Shown: piece by piece, positions 10,696 to 22,560 of the stretch
Numbering within the stretch: the first letter of the stretch is position 1
How the letters are laid out: every line of letters begins with the position of its first letter
Assembly (NCBI GenBank): GCA_032718475.1
Contig: JAUCBJ010005415.1
Coordinates: 1-48,043, forward strand
From: Nemertoderma westbladi
Lineage: Eukaryota > Animalia > Xenacoelomorpha
Length of the DNA: 48,043 nucleotides
Reading direction: 5' to 3'
Notes under the pieces: model-generated
The model's input: the letters and a program-made list of their open reading frames with translations, nothing else
What the model was told of the DNA's origin: nothing
Databases searched by the model: none
Position numbers and translations under genes: made by a program

Positions 10696-11473
10696 TAAAA
10701 ATGATGTACTGCTTGACATTACACTAACTGACTGAATAGAGATAGAACAATAATTAACGATATAATTAATATACGTAACTCCAATTGACAATAAGTAGTG
10801 AAATGTTGTTCAGCTGTAAAAATTTAGTTGTGGGTATTTAATTTCGCGTTCCATAATGTTGATAATATGCTAATATTTCGAATATCGCACATCGAATCGT
10901 TCCCAACTTTTTATTCAACATCTAGATACTAATTGATAAATAGTCGCATTTACAATTTTTGCGTACCTGCTTGAGTTTTTGAGATGTTGGATGGTTAAAT
11001 ACATATATACATACATAACCACATCGTGTTTTTGAACGGCTCAACTCTTAACAAGAAACTATCCAGTCTAAAGACAGGGTCGTTATAACCGGGGGGTATA
11101 GAAATTTATCAGGAATAAAGCTTAACTTAATAATAACTTCGCTTGCCAACACAGCTTGCCAACTCCTTGATACTGATTATTTAACCATTTAAATAATTAT
11201 TTATTGGATATATACAAAATGACAAGTACTGTAATAAGATTCCATAGAATGATAAAAAAAATGTTAATTTCTTTGCAAAATAGTATTTTATATTTATATG
11301 TATTATAGCGAAAACCCAAATATAGCGAAAACCCAAATCGAAAAATATCTATTAATACATTATATACACAATATTTATAAATATTACACAAATTAAAATT
11401 TAATAAAAAGACATAAAAAGACAAAAGACTAATATAATTATAAATGAAAATAGCCATTACAATTATAAATAAT

Positions 11474-12500
11474 GCCGGAATTTCCGGATCCGGGATTTCC
11501 CGGATCGGGACCGCGATCATATCTCTCAGGATCCCATTTTTCAGGATCGGATTGCAATTTTGGATTAAATTTCTTAAAGTTAATAGTATATATATGTGGC
11601 GGGATTTGGGTAACACTAACTTTATCTTACACTTCTGATTCTGAAATATTTAGTAAGGTAACGTTATATTAAAATCATTTTATTCCAAAATTGTAACATT
11701 ACTCAACGCCGTTAGTATTAACAGCGACTTGTTATTTAGCACTTTACAACTTTAGAGGACATTACAGTACATTGACATTAACTATTGTATTGGCCTGTAC
11801 AATTAGTATTGTATTGGTGTATTATTATTTATGTAATGTCCCGACGGCCTGACCGTAAAGTCACGGCGTCATGGTTACCACATAAACAATAATTGGTATT
11901 TATTATTAATTGCCTGACAGCCAGATAGGCCTACTGCATTACCTACCGGTAGCTATTAATAACCAACCAGTAGCTATAAACTATTAAAATGGCTCCAAAC
12001 GCCACCATAAATATAAGCTAACATTTTGATAACATACTTTATGTAATTTTTACATTTATTTATACAGGCAGTTTCTATCACTTATGTACAATCATATTGT
12101 AATGATACAATTTTGGAATAAAACTACATATATACTTGTTGCAGAGTGCTTTACAGTGTTCTGATCCTCGTGGCTTTATTTCCACTAACTCACTAACGTT
12201 CGTTCGTGTAATAAAGCCATTCGGATTATCACACTGTAAAGTCCTACTTTACACACAAGTTTGTTAATAGTTATTATAATAGATTACTGGCTGGTTTAAT
12301 GAAATAAAAATTCGATATAATCAAAACATTTCCGTTCTGTTGGAACTATTTATCACACAATATCAGATATTCAATAAATTTATTTAACAATTATACCTCG
12401 GGATCCCGTTCCATAAAATTCGGGATCTGGATCGGTACCGATATTGCATTTTTCACCGTGATCCCGGTTTTTCAGGATCGGGATCCCGTTTAAACGCTAA
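11474..12500. mobile_element. Probable non-autonomous DNA transposon remnant with GGATCC/CGGGAT subterminal repeat clusters
   Basis: Two GC-rich clusters of CGGGATC/GATCCCG motifs (11474-11552, 12398-12490) flank an AT-rich interior. No TSD established. Confidence 0.4.
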
Positions 12501-14032
12501 TTTATATATAGAATAGATATAAAATAGTGCCAATGTAAAAAGTAAATTATACTACAATTCAGACAAAAATACATCCCGAACCAAAAATATACAAAACAAA
12601 TTAAAAAAATATAAGTCATCACTCATGTATTGTAATAACATGGGATTAACATAAATCAAGATTGTAAGCAAAACGTTCATTTCTTAAGGAAGAATCCATT
12701 TTGGTGTATTATGATTCAATAATGCTGAAATGTCCTGTATATTTTATAATGGAAAACAATTAGGTATTCTTGAAACGTCGATTAGGGAACTTATCCATCA
12801 GTTAAACAAACAATTTTATAAAAGAAAACAAGAAAAGGCAACTAAACAAAACATCTCAGACAACAAAATAATAATAACAATACCCGACAACAGGACCACA
12901 ATTAATAGATTAATGAAAAATGAGATTAAAGAAAATAACATTGCAAATATTCAATTGAAATTGCATAAATTGTAACGAAAAATTGTAAGCAATCACTAAG
13001 CAACTGGGATGATAAATATATACAAAAAAATAGACTACGGTAATATTATTTACAAGAATATAATTAATATACATATTTAAATATAAAAATAAAAAACTCT
13101 AGTTTAAGTATAAGTATACTGTATACAGCTACCGGTACCTATATATACTTTCATGCAAAACCAGAGGATTATGGATTTTTAGTGATTTTTTAAACCAAAT
13201 AAGTTTTGAATATACCGGACCGGTAAATCAAACCAATATAATATATAAGTTAACTATATATACCCCGATTAGAAAATATAAATAAAATATACCAATTATA
13301 TAGGTATAATGTGTATCCGGTATACAAAGATATAAGTTTGCAATGAAAAGTATATATTACATATAGTCAATACACATTGTGTTTAATGGACCAAAAATAA
13401 AGCAAACCTTAGATGCAAACTGAACAACAGTTACTTAATAAATTACCATATTAACAATGGAATTAAATGGGTTTGCCCTTTGCAAACCAATATTTGACAT
13501 TGTTCTTTTAATAGCTTTTAATAATGAATATACATACACTTTCCATTCCATGCATTTAATTACTTGTGACTTTCTACAGCCATGTGTTGCTTCTGGTTTC
13601 TACTTTATAACATATTTTCAGCATAATATTTTAAGCATAATTTTCAGCATAATCAATTAACGGTATTTATATTTTCAGCAATTTCCCACAAATAAACATA
13701 TATGACAAATAATACCGGTACCTCTCGTCTTGCTTTAAACCCATTTTTAGTGATTTTTTAAACCCAAAATCAGGTAAAAAAAAAACACCAAATTTTCCCA
13801 AATTAGTGTTTTCCAAATTCAGAACATTTTTCCATAAAACTTTTGACTTTATCAACTTTTATATATATCACCCTATTGTTTAGCCAATCAGATTTACCCT
13901 ATTGTTTAGCCAATCAGATTTGACAATAAGAAAAAATACATGATAAACTAAGATATACATAGATCTTCCAGTTTCATATAAAACTAACCAGTGTCATTAA
14001 TTACAACATAAAAACCAATCCAGAAGCACTAA

Positions 14033-17000
14033 TTAAAAGCAATAACTATCATCCGATGCAACTTTGTATTCAAGAATATTATTGTTTTTTTGTTTGTGAT
14101 CGTCTGACTCATCCTGGTTGCGATGCGGATTCAATCTCCTTCTACTTGGATCCATCCGTTCTCCTCGATTCAATCCGAATCTACTTGGACCCACTTGTTC
14201 TCCCTTACCGAACTCGAAGTCCACAGAGCGATGCCTACTTTTGAAGAATCTCGGATCGTGTCGATCAATATCTGTTACCAGTACTACATTCTGTTTGTAA
14301 ATATCAGCAGCAACATTATCCTCAGAATGAGAGTCAGGGAGGATATTCAAGGAATCGATATTGTGCGATTTAGGAATGGATGAAACAAGATTATTCGACT
14401 TATTAAATCGTTCTTTTTCTTTTTTATTGCTAATTGTAGCATTTCCTACAACATCATCAAAACTATCCATAGTCATTATTAAATCTGAAACAACTGTTTG
14501 TATTGGATGTTCTTTAGCAACATACTGTGTCAACATTCTTATATCAGCATTGGACTGAACATGTTCTTTGTAGGGTAATATTTGACCAGTATTTTCCATG
14601 AAATTCGCTTTCAATGTAGTCTTCTCTTGACCACGATCTTCGGCAGGACTCCCTGTTTTGCACTTGTTTATTTGACTGTATGAATTTGATGGTTGTTTAG
14701 ATGTAAGTAGTGGTTTAAAACTTTGTGAACTCTTAATTCTCTCAATGTTTTCTTTGTAATAAGAATCATCAACAATATTATAATTATTAACATCAGGCCT
14801 ATCTTTGTTACTGAAAGAGTCTTCATGCCTTTCTTTAGATTGTGAAGATGCATAACAAAAAATGTCTCCATCAGTTGAATTGTCATTTAACTTTGGACCT
14901 CCAGTATACTTTTCAGACTTAGGGTGCCCTCTATACTCCCTTAAACTCTCCTGAATGTGATGGGGCCGTTTCACAGCTTCTTCAAACCTCTGTATAGGTT
15001 GATTGTATTTTTCAATGGTTGAACACAACACATTTGGTTTACATATGTCATTGATTTCTTGATTACGCATTGTAGGGTGGTGTTTTTGTGGCTCAATAAT
15101 ATTATTATGTTTCAAATTTTGAGGGTGTTGAATACTAAATTGTTTTGCATGCAAAGTATTCTGAGAAATACTTTCAAAACCCGCATGCCTCAGTTGGCTC
15201 CAATCAAAGTCAACCTCTTCTCGTTGTGGGGCTGCAGGAATATCATAATCATTGCCAAGACTTTGGAAATGAAGGTCATTACTGTTATTTCTCCATGATG
15301 TTGTGAAGTCATCATGATAAATGAGCTGATTTGTGCTATTCTCATTGGACATATTAGAGTGATCAGTGACGTTGCCAGAAATAGCGAGTTGAGGAAAACT
15401 CGGCGCAAGTACTCTATTGGATGCCAAATAACTATCTTTATGTGCATTAACTTCATTCACTAAACGTTTGTTTGTGTCAATCAATGCAGAGTGACTTTGT
15501 TCAAGCATTTCTGTAAGAATATCAACTCTTTCAAATTGTTTAACCTGCTGTCGTAATGATCCACATTCTTCTTCTAAATTGGATATAGTATTTTTAAGTT
15601 TCTCAATTTCTGAACTATTCTGTATCTTACTAGCATCTGTATCTTCTTTTAACTTTGTTAAAGAACTTAATTTTGATTTCAGTTCAGAATTTTGCTTAAT
15701 GGTAATGTCACAATCATACCTCAAGTCCTTCAGTTCTGTTTCCAAAGTTGACAACTGAGTTTTATCATCAGTGACAGCTGACAGACATGACTTACACTCT
15801 GCTAATTCTCCCTTAAGTGCAAAGTTTTCATGCGATAATTCAGCTAATTGTTTGGTAAGTTTATTCAAATCCATGTCTAAGTGAATTTCCTCTGGGATTG
15901 AAGATGGGGAATGGCCAGGCAGCTCAACACAAATTAACTCATGAGCTAGAGATTTAAACTTCTCATGTCTGTGGAGAGAATGCTTCCCATTCCAATATCT
16001 ATCAACCAAATCACAAATGCCTGCAATAAACTCCTCGTTTTGAGCATCATATTGTTTAAGGGTGGGGCAATTTTGAGGATCAAGTGGTGCAGATATGTTT
16101 TTATGTTCAGTGGTCCCACACAGTTGCAATGTAGTGGGAATGGCATAGTGATTTGAACAATTTGCCTCCTTTGAATCAGATTTATTTCCAGAAGTTGCAT
16201 TGATTGCAAATTGCGATACATCCACCTTCGCATGGCTTTCGGGTTTTTCATTATCCAGGCACCTGACTCCAATATCAAACGAATTTGTCACAACATTAAG
16301 GGGTTGATTCTGTTTTTTCTCAAAGTATATTGCAGCTCTTATGTAAGGATACCCTTCATCATTGCCTTCAGTATTTGCTATTATACCTTGTTCTTTACTC
16401 CACTTAATGGCTTCACTCCACCCATTATCATCTACTACAGCCGCATCTTCCATGCATTTATCTCTGCCTACCACTTCTGCTGTCTCTAGCTTATGAATAA
16501 AATGTTTTGAATATTTCTGCTGACTTGGTATATACTCAGCTGAGCCAGTAACAGGCCTTGGTTTATTTGGGTTGCCTTTACATCTGACTACATCATCAAT
16601 AATTGCACAGTCATCCATTTGAACACCTCTTCCCAAAGAGGCAACCAAATTAGACCTGGAAGAAACCTTAATTTCTGGAGTTTCTTTAACATCTTCCAAA
16701 TTTGTAATGCTATTTTCAAATTCGTATGTAGCACAATTTTGAATTTCAGCAGCCTGAGAAGTTGAAAAATGCATAATTGCAGACCTACGTTCAGAATCTC
16801 GTACAGATCTATCATCCAAAGCTTCGAGATTTGACAACAAATGAATGAGAAATAACCTGTAATCACGGTTACTTTTAGTTACAGGATTTAATCGCAAGTC
16901 CAGCAACCTCAATTTATTGTTATGTCGCAGGCGATATAATTCTTTCATAGAGTTAATTTTGTTGTAGTATAAGTTTAAATCCTCAAGATACAGCAGTGAC

Positions 17001-17215
17001 TGAATGCCTTTGAGTGACATCAGAATATTACGAGAGAGATCCAGAGATTGCAGATAGGTAAAGTGCAGTAATCCACAATCTAATTCTCTTATCTTGTCAT
17101 GGAATGTTCCAGGGAGGACGAGTTGTTTGATATCTTCGAGAATAGAATCATGGCCAACATTGATTCTATCCATTATCCAACTCTCAGTCAAAACTATGCC
17201 CGCACTAGCAGCCAT
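14033..17215 (-). CDS. CEP72: Centrosomal protein CEP72 / LRRC36 family protein (N-terminal LRRs + LRRcap, central coiled coil), single coding exon
   Basis: 1060-aa ORF. LPGTFHDKI, SLDLSRN, LNLYYNKI, DLRLNPV..DYRLFLIHLL..LDDRSVRDSER closely match the CEP72 N-terminus. The coiled coil ends in MLEQSHSALIDTN. Confidence 0.88.
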   Translation of the reverse strand: MAASAGIVLTESWIMDRINVGHDSILEDIKQLVLPGTFHDKIRELDCGLLHFTYLQSLDLSRNILMSLKGIQSLLYLEDLNLYYNKINSMKELYRLRHNNKLRLLDLRLNPVTKSNRDYRLFLIHLLSNLEALDDRSVRDSERRSAIMHFSTSQAAEIQNCATYEFENSITNLEDVKETPEIKVSSRSNLVASLGRGVQMDDCAIIDDVVRCKGNPNKPRPVTGSAEYIPSQQKYSKHFIHKLETAEVVGRDKCMEDAAVVDDNGWSEAIKWSKEQGIIANTEGNDEGYPYIRAAIYFEKKQNQPLNVVTNSFDIGVRCLDNEKPESHAKVDVSQFAINATSGNKSDSKEANCSNHYAIPTTLQLCGTTEHKNISAPLDPQNCPTLKQYDAQNEEFIAGICDLVDRYWNGKHSLHRHEKFKSLAHELICVELPGHSPSSIPEEIHLDMDLNKLTKQLAELSHENFALKGELAECKSCLSAVTDDKTQLSTLETELKDLRYDCDITIKQNSELKSKLSSLTKLKEDTDASKIQNSSEIEKLKNTISNLEEECGSLRQQVKQFERVDILTEMLEQSHSALIDTNKRLVNEVNAHKDSYLASNRVLAPSFPQLAISGNVTDHSNMSNENSTNQLIYHDDFTTSWRNNSNDLHFQSLGNDYDIPAAPQREEVDFDWSQLRHAGFESISQNTLHAKQFSIQHPQNLKHNNIIEPQKHHPTMRNQEINDICKPNVLCSTIEKYNQPIQRFEEAVKRPHHIQESLREYRGHPKSEKYTGGPKLNDNSTDGDIFCYASSQSKERHEDSFSNKDRPDVNNYNIVDDSYYKENIERIKSSQSFKPLLTSKQPSNSYSQINKCKTGSPAEDRGQEKTTLKANFMENTGQILPYKEHVQSNADIRMLTQYVAKEHPIQTVVSDLIMTMDSFDDVVGNATISNKKEKERFNKSNNLVSSIPKSHNIDSLNILPDSHSEDNVAADIYKQNVVLVTDIDRHDPRFFKSRHRSVDFEFGKGEQVGPSRFGLNRGERMDPSRRRLNPHRNQDESDDHKQKNNNILEYKVASDDSYCF

Positions 17216-17542
17216 TTATATTATTATTTTTAAATAAGGTTAGGCCTATATAATATTATATCAATAGTCTGCTAATAGTTCTACGGATAGACCTACCTGC
17301 TTACTGTCCTACTGGAATTATATCATATTTTTTCTGACTGTCTGAAATTAAAAAGTAAAACAAAAATATTAAGTAGGCCTAGGGCTAGGGTAAGTCGACA
17401 GCCGAGCAGCAGTCGTGGAGAAGTTCAAATTTCAACTGAGTTGAAATTTAAAACGTTTTTTTTTTTTAAATTCAACTTTTAAGTTGTAAATTCAACTCTA
17501 AAATGGCAGGAGGCGAAGACGCAGAAGGGTCCCAAGTATGAA

Positions 17543-18435
17543 GTAGGAATCGACCGGTGCACCGGTACCGGTCTGCCGGTCCGGTAGGTGCCGGTGTTGG
17601 CAGAACCGGTACCGGTACCGGGCCGGTTTTTTTTTAAATCGGTGCCGGTTTCGATTTTTTAATAATGGCTAATTAGGGTAAACCGGGGTTGTATGGCCAT
17701 GTGGGTTGTATGGCCACCCTTGACATAAAGTGCTAGGCCTATAACTTTACTTTATTTTAATGTCTGTCAGTTTTTATTACTTCTAAATGAAGCTGAATCA
17801 TTTTCCAATAAAATGACATAGGCCCTATAAACCATATCTTCAACTGATTCCATTATTTTACAGTGACATGGTAAAGTTTCAGTTCATGAAAAAGGGCAAC
17901 TTTTAGGTTTTGTGAATTTAGAGTAACACACACTACAGCACTAACAGGTGCCTTCTCGAACAAGTTAATGCTTGCCCATATTGTAATGATGTTGAATAGT
18001 ATATTTATTAAATGCTGAAATGATAATTAATAAATAATTTAATTCATTAGATTTCGTTAACTTTTAGATGAGATATTTACCCTCAAAAAAGCATGGCCAT
18101 ACCATACCACCCCGCCAAATTTAGACGTTGGGGTCGTATGGCCACAATAACAGAATAATTACTTTGTCAGTAAATTTAACTCCAGATCTCTGAAACCCAT
18201 ATCTCAGTATATATTCTATATTATTTTGTGATACAATATACCGGTAGGTGTATTATTCCACCTTCTCTAATTGTTAGTTATTCCACATTTTATAATTGTC
18301 AGATTCTACATTGATATCATAATTTTTTTTCATGCTCTACCTGTACCGGTATGTCTGTAGTAGGGCTCGATCGGAGCTCCGGCCTCCGGCTCCGGCCATT
18401 TTGGCACCTCCGGCTCCTGCTCCGTCTCCGGTAAA
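17543..18435. mobile_element. Cluster of DNA-transposon terminus-like fragments
   Basis: CCGGT-rich cluster at 17543-17655, GGTTGTATGGCCA repeats from 17676 to 18145, and TAGGGCTCG + CTCCGG repeats at 18361-18435. Opposite ends not identified. Confidence 0.35.
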
Positions 18436-19549
18436 AATATTGCCAGAGTTAATTTTTTAATAAAGTATTATATTTCGTGCATATTCTAATCTGAACAATT
18501 ATTTACACTATCAGACTATAAGTACTGTAGTACAGCTTCAATATCAAGCATAATACTGCAGTATTTACTTAGTCAATGACTGACTGACTGCTGCAGTCTG
18601 CAGTCTGGCAGTACTGGTGGTACAGGCCAGCTGGCTGACTAGCAGACTGTTACAGATAGGCCCTACTCTGCTACTGCTGTACTGTAAAAAATTGTTGTAA
18701 ATGCTGAAATGCTATGATTGTACACTGTACCACTGCAGCCATTTACTGATTGTCATGCCAGCATAATGTACTGCAGTACTGGTACACGTTCGGTACAGAC
18801 AGCGGTTGGCTCCTACCTACAGTACACACCTCTACCACAGTTAGACAGTTACTGAGTTAGGTACTGTAGGTAATTTTTAGCCGTCAGCTTCAGGCCGTCT
18901 GTCCGTGATAAATTAATTACTTAAATTTTAAATTGAAAATTCGTAAATCTATAAATTATGAATAATTAGACCTACAGTACAGCAGTATATATATATGTGT
19001 GTACCGGTATAACATTATACTGAAGTTATATATTATATATGTATAGTTATACAGTAGGTTTGTTTAGCCTATTGATACTAGCCATTGTTTATTGTGCTAT
19101 AATTTGATCAAAATATATTATATGTATTATACAGTCAGGGAGATCATCAACCATTAGGCCTATCAGCCTATTGCAGTATTGCTTGACTGCCTGATTTTTT
19201 TTTGTTATAGCAGTGCAGTATAGAGCAGTGTATAGAGACGGGTGCTTAGATCGTGGCTTTTTTTTGATTTATTGATTGAATTTTTTCCCATATAAAAATA
19301 CATACTGCACAATACTGAAATAATATATATAAATCACAATTTACCGGTAATTTATTTTACATTGTTTTATGTAAATTATGTAAATTAATGGACGGTAATA
19401 CATGTTTGAAATTATATAATAAATTGACTTACCTAGGTAACATAAATGGTCTAACTCTGTACAGTAGTTTACAATAAATCACGTGTATATACATACATTA
19501 AACTTGAAATAAAATAAAATTTACAGTTTAAAATATATCTGTTACGTAG

Positions 19550-19960
19550 CTACAGTTTAAAAAGTAGTATCACATATGTACAGTAAAATTTATTTAACAA
19601 GGTACAATAAAATACGAACACGTAGTTTAAAACTTATCACATATTATGTATAGTAAAATTAACTCGGAGTATCAGTACGTAACTACAGCAGTACAGTTTA
19701 AAAAGTAGTATCACATACATACAATGAAATTTATTTAACAAGGTACAATAAAATTTATTTAACAAGGTACAATAAAATACGAACACGTAGTTTAAAACTT
19801 ATCACATATGTACAGTAAAATTAACTCGGAGTCTCAGTATAATTTTATACAATAAAACAAGGTATACAAAATAAACCAAGGTAGACAAAATAAAACAAGG
19901 TAGACAAAAATATACAAGGTAGACAAAAATAAAACAAGGTAGACATCAATAAAACAGAAA
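19550..19960. repeat. Local tandem duplication (~140-160 bp) followed by an ~18-bp minisatellite (AAAATAAAACAAGGTAGAC)
   Basis: TACAGTTTAAAAAGTAGTATCACATA...AACTCGGAGT occurs twice, then about 5 CAAGGTA(G/T)AC units. Confidence 0.75.
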
Positions 19961-20980
19961 AATTAAATAAAAAACAAGTAGAAAATGTGCAATATAAGAT
20001 TAAAATGGAGGGATAGCCTTATGAGGTTTCACCTCGTTTCCATAAGGGTCCCTGTGCTCTATGCGGCAGACAATATTATTTGCACCAAAATTGTAATGAA
20101 AATGGAATGGCGCCAATGAAATGCTAAAAGTAACTGAAAAATACAATAAAAATAGCAATAAATGCAATAATAAAAACACTGTAATATATAAAATATAGCC
20201 TATAAAATAAATAATTATGAAGTTCAATAAAATACAATGTTTGTTATGTTAATTAATAATCATAATAAATGTAGTTAACAGTTAACATTATTCCATTTTG
20301 TATAAAACAAGTGATGTGGTTGGAGAAACCTACTAGGGGCTGCTACTAAGCAGCAATCAATCACGTTAATCCTGTTTAACACAGAGTCAATGAGAATGGA
20401 ATATTGCTAACATGAAAAAGTTCAGGTTGACATTATTCCAAAGTAATCAGATATTACAGCAATTAAGCTGCTACCTGCTAGTGTTAGTCAGTTAGTAATC
20501 GAGTAAGCCATATAATATTATATGGTCTGATGGTACAATACCAGGCATAATATATGCACAGATGCAAGAAAAAAAAACGTATGTACTGTAGTTTAAGTGG
20601 ATTAGTTTAATTACAATGATGTAAACTGAAAATGAAATATTTATAGTTAAGTCCGGTTTAGTAATAAACATACTGTACTTATACAATATCTCATTGAAGT
20701 ACATGCCATGTAATAATATCAGTAGCAAAATGCAGGTCTCACATATCAGTTCATCACCCCGAATCTCGTGTTGCGTTTTATTCACACAACTTTTATGATA
20801 CCAACCACTTCGTGCAAACGAAGTACCGTCACTATTACCAAGTCCTATTACCGGTATTACATACAACATATTAATTTACTTTCAGTTCTGGTTCCATATA
20901 AAGATTGCCTTAAATTATGTCGGTGATGGGTATCTATAAGTTTATCTTCCTCTTACCCTAAACTATTAAACATTAAACAA

Positions 20981-21196
20981 ACGGGGTGTAAATGCTACGC
21001 CGTAACGCCGACAGCCAACGCCGACAACCATTATTAAAGCTAATAATGTTATTTATTAATTGAGGGAAAGGAACAGGTTACAGTGGAAGGTTAGTCTAAC
21101 CAAAACAATAAACGAGAGTTACGAACTCAGGTTACATTTTCATATTTGCTGTTGTCGGCAGTGGTTGCCGGTTGTCGGCGTAGTGTTTACACCCGT
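20981..21196. mobile_element. MITE (~216 bp)
   Basis: Imperfect TIRs ACGGGGTGTAAATGCTACGCCG / CGGCGTAGTGTTTACACCCGT, with internal GCCGACA repeats mirrored at both ends. Confidence 0.65.
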
Positions 21197-21444
21197 GCAA
21201 ACGCTACATACTGTATGCTTATTTTCAGTTAAATACAACAGTTCCTTTCAGGTGCTGCACTCTAAATACTACACGGAGATATGACTTATACTAATTACAA
21301 CGGGCGGGCTTGAGATAACGCAAATGTTTACATCCTTTTGGGATGTATTTATTGAACTTTCAGATGCAAGCATGGACGGACAATAGTACTGAAACACGCT
21401 AATTTGCCAACAGTCACCAATTTTACTAATTGTCACCAAAATAG

Positions 21445-22482
21445 TGTTCGCGCTTTTAGACCTTTAACAGTTTAACCTGCTAATTTAAGTGTCTTAGGAA
21501 TTGACTATTGCCCCTACTAATTGAAATCAGCTGAAGCCAGTCTAGTGAGGCGTATGACCCACGGGTGTGGGAGACTGGATTCTATTATAAGAGAGCAGTA
21601 GGCTACTTTGTATTATTCGATTGATCACTACTATATAATCTCCGATAACTATATTTACTTTCGGGGAAATATTAACAGTTCCTTTTGGGGCGTGGCGCTT
21701 TAAGTATCACGCAGAGTTATGACTGACACTAATTACAACTAGTGGCAATGAGATAACGAAAATGACGCATTCTTTAGGAATGCTTTATTAACCTTCACAC
21801 TAAATTTCTGCACTAATATTCACACTAACACACCCTGATTTGCCGTCTGTCACTGATTTTAGTCATATATAAGGAGGATTGCGACTCATATACGTTGGGG
21901 TTATAAAATTGCATTAAATTCACACAGACCACTATAAATTGAGCCACAATTGCTACTGATACACCCTTCTGCTTACCTCATTAATTAAGAAAGTTAAGGG
22001 GGATTTAACGATTATTCATCAGTATTCTCCAAATATAACATCCATTAATATATAACAACAATTAACAATAGTATAAAACAGTAAAAACAGTGTTAGCGGT
22101 GCAACAGCAGTGTTGCAGTATCAGAATTCAGAACAAAGTGTATGTATGTTAATAGATTAGCTTTCTTATGACTCTCTTAGGCCACTGATGTTTCGGGCAA
22201 GTCAGAATAGTCAGAACATCAGAATGAATGAATTCTGAATGAAGGAATTCTGAGAATTTTGCCGCATTGCATCATTTCATATAGGCCACAGAGCACAGGG
22301 GGAGGTAGATCGCTCTGATTGGCTGAAATATGTCAACAACAAAGCAGAAAGAAACAGCTGGTAGATTTCGTCATCCCAGCTCTGAGTTTTTGATAGACAC
22401 GTAGTTGCATAAGTTTATAGGCCTTTTAGAGTATTTAGCGCATTGCTCAAAATGACTTATTTTGTCCACAAAAGCTTTTACA
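21445..22482 (-). repeat. 3' LTR of element A (~1038 bp)
   Basis: Same termini as the element B LTRs (TGTAAAAGCTTTTG ... AAAGCGCGAACA) on the minus strand, with a diverged interior. Confidence 0.85.
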
Positions 22483-22560
22483 CCGCTCCCAGAAAATGGG
22501 ATTTAAGTCTATAAAATATATATAAAATCACAGTTTCTAATATAAAAATACTCTAAACTA

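Noticed and set aside
11197-13855. Short AT-rich ORFs downstream of CEP72
   Set aside because: Low-complexity I/L/F/Y/N-rich translations typical of non-coding AT-rich DNA.
19998-20230. Possible LINE 3' end with small stem-loop (CTTATG...CATAAG)
   Set aside because: No RT remnant or clear tail recognised; insufficient support.
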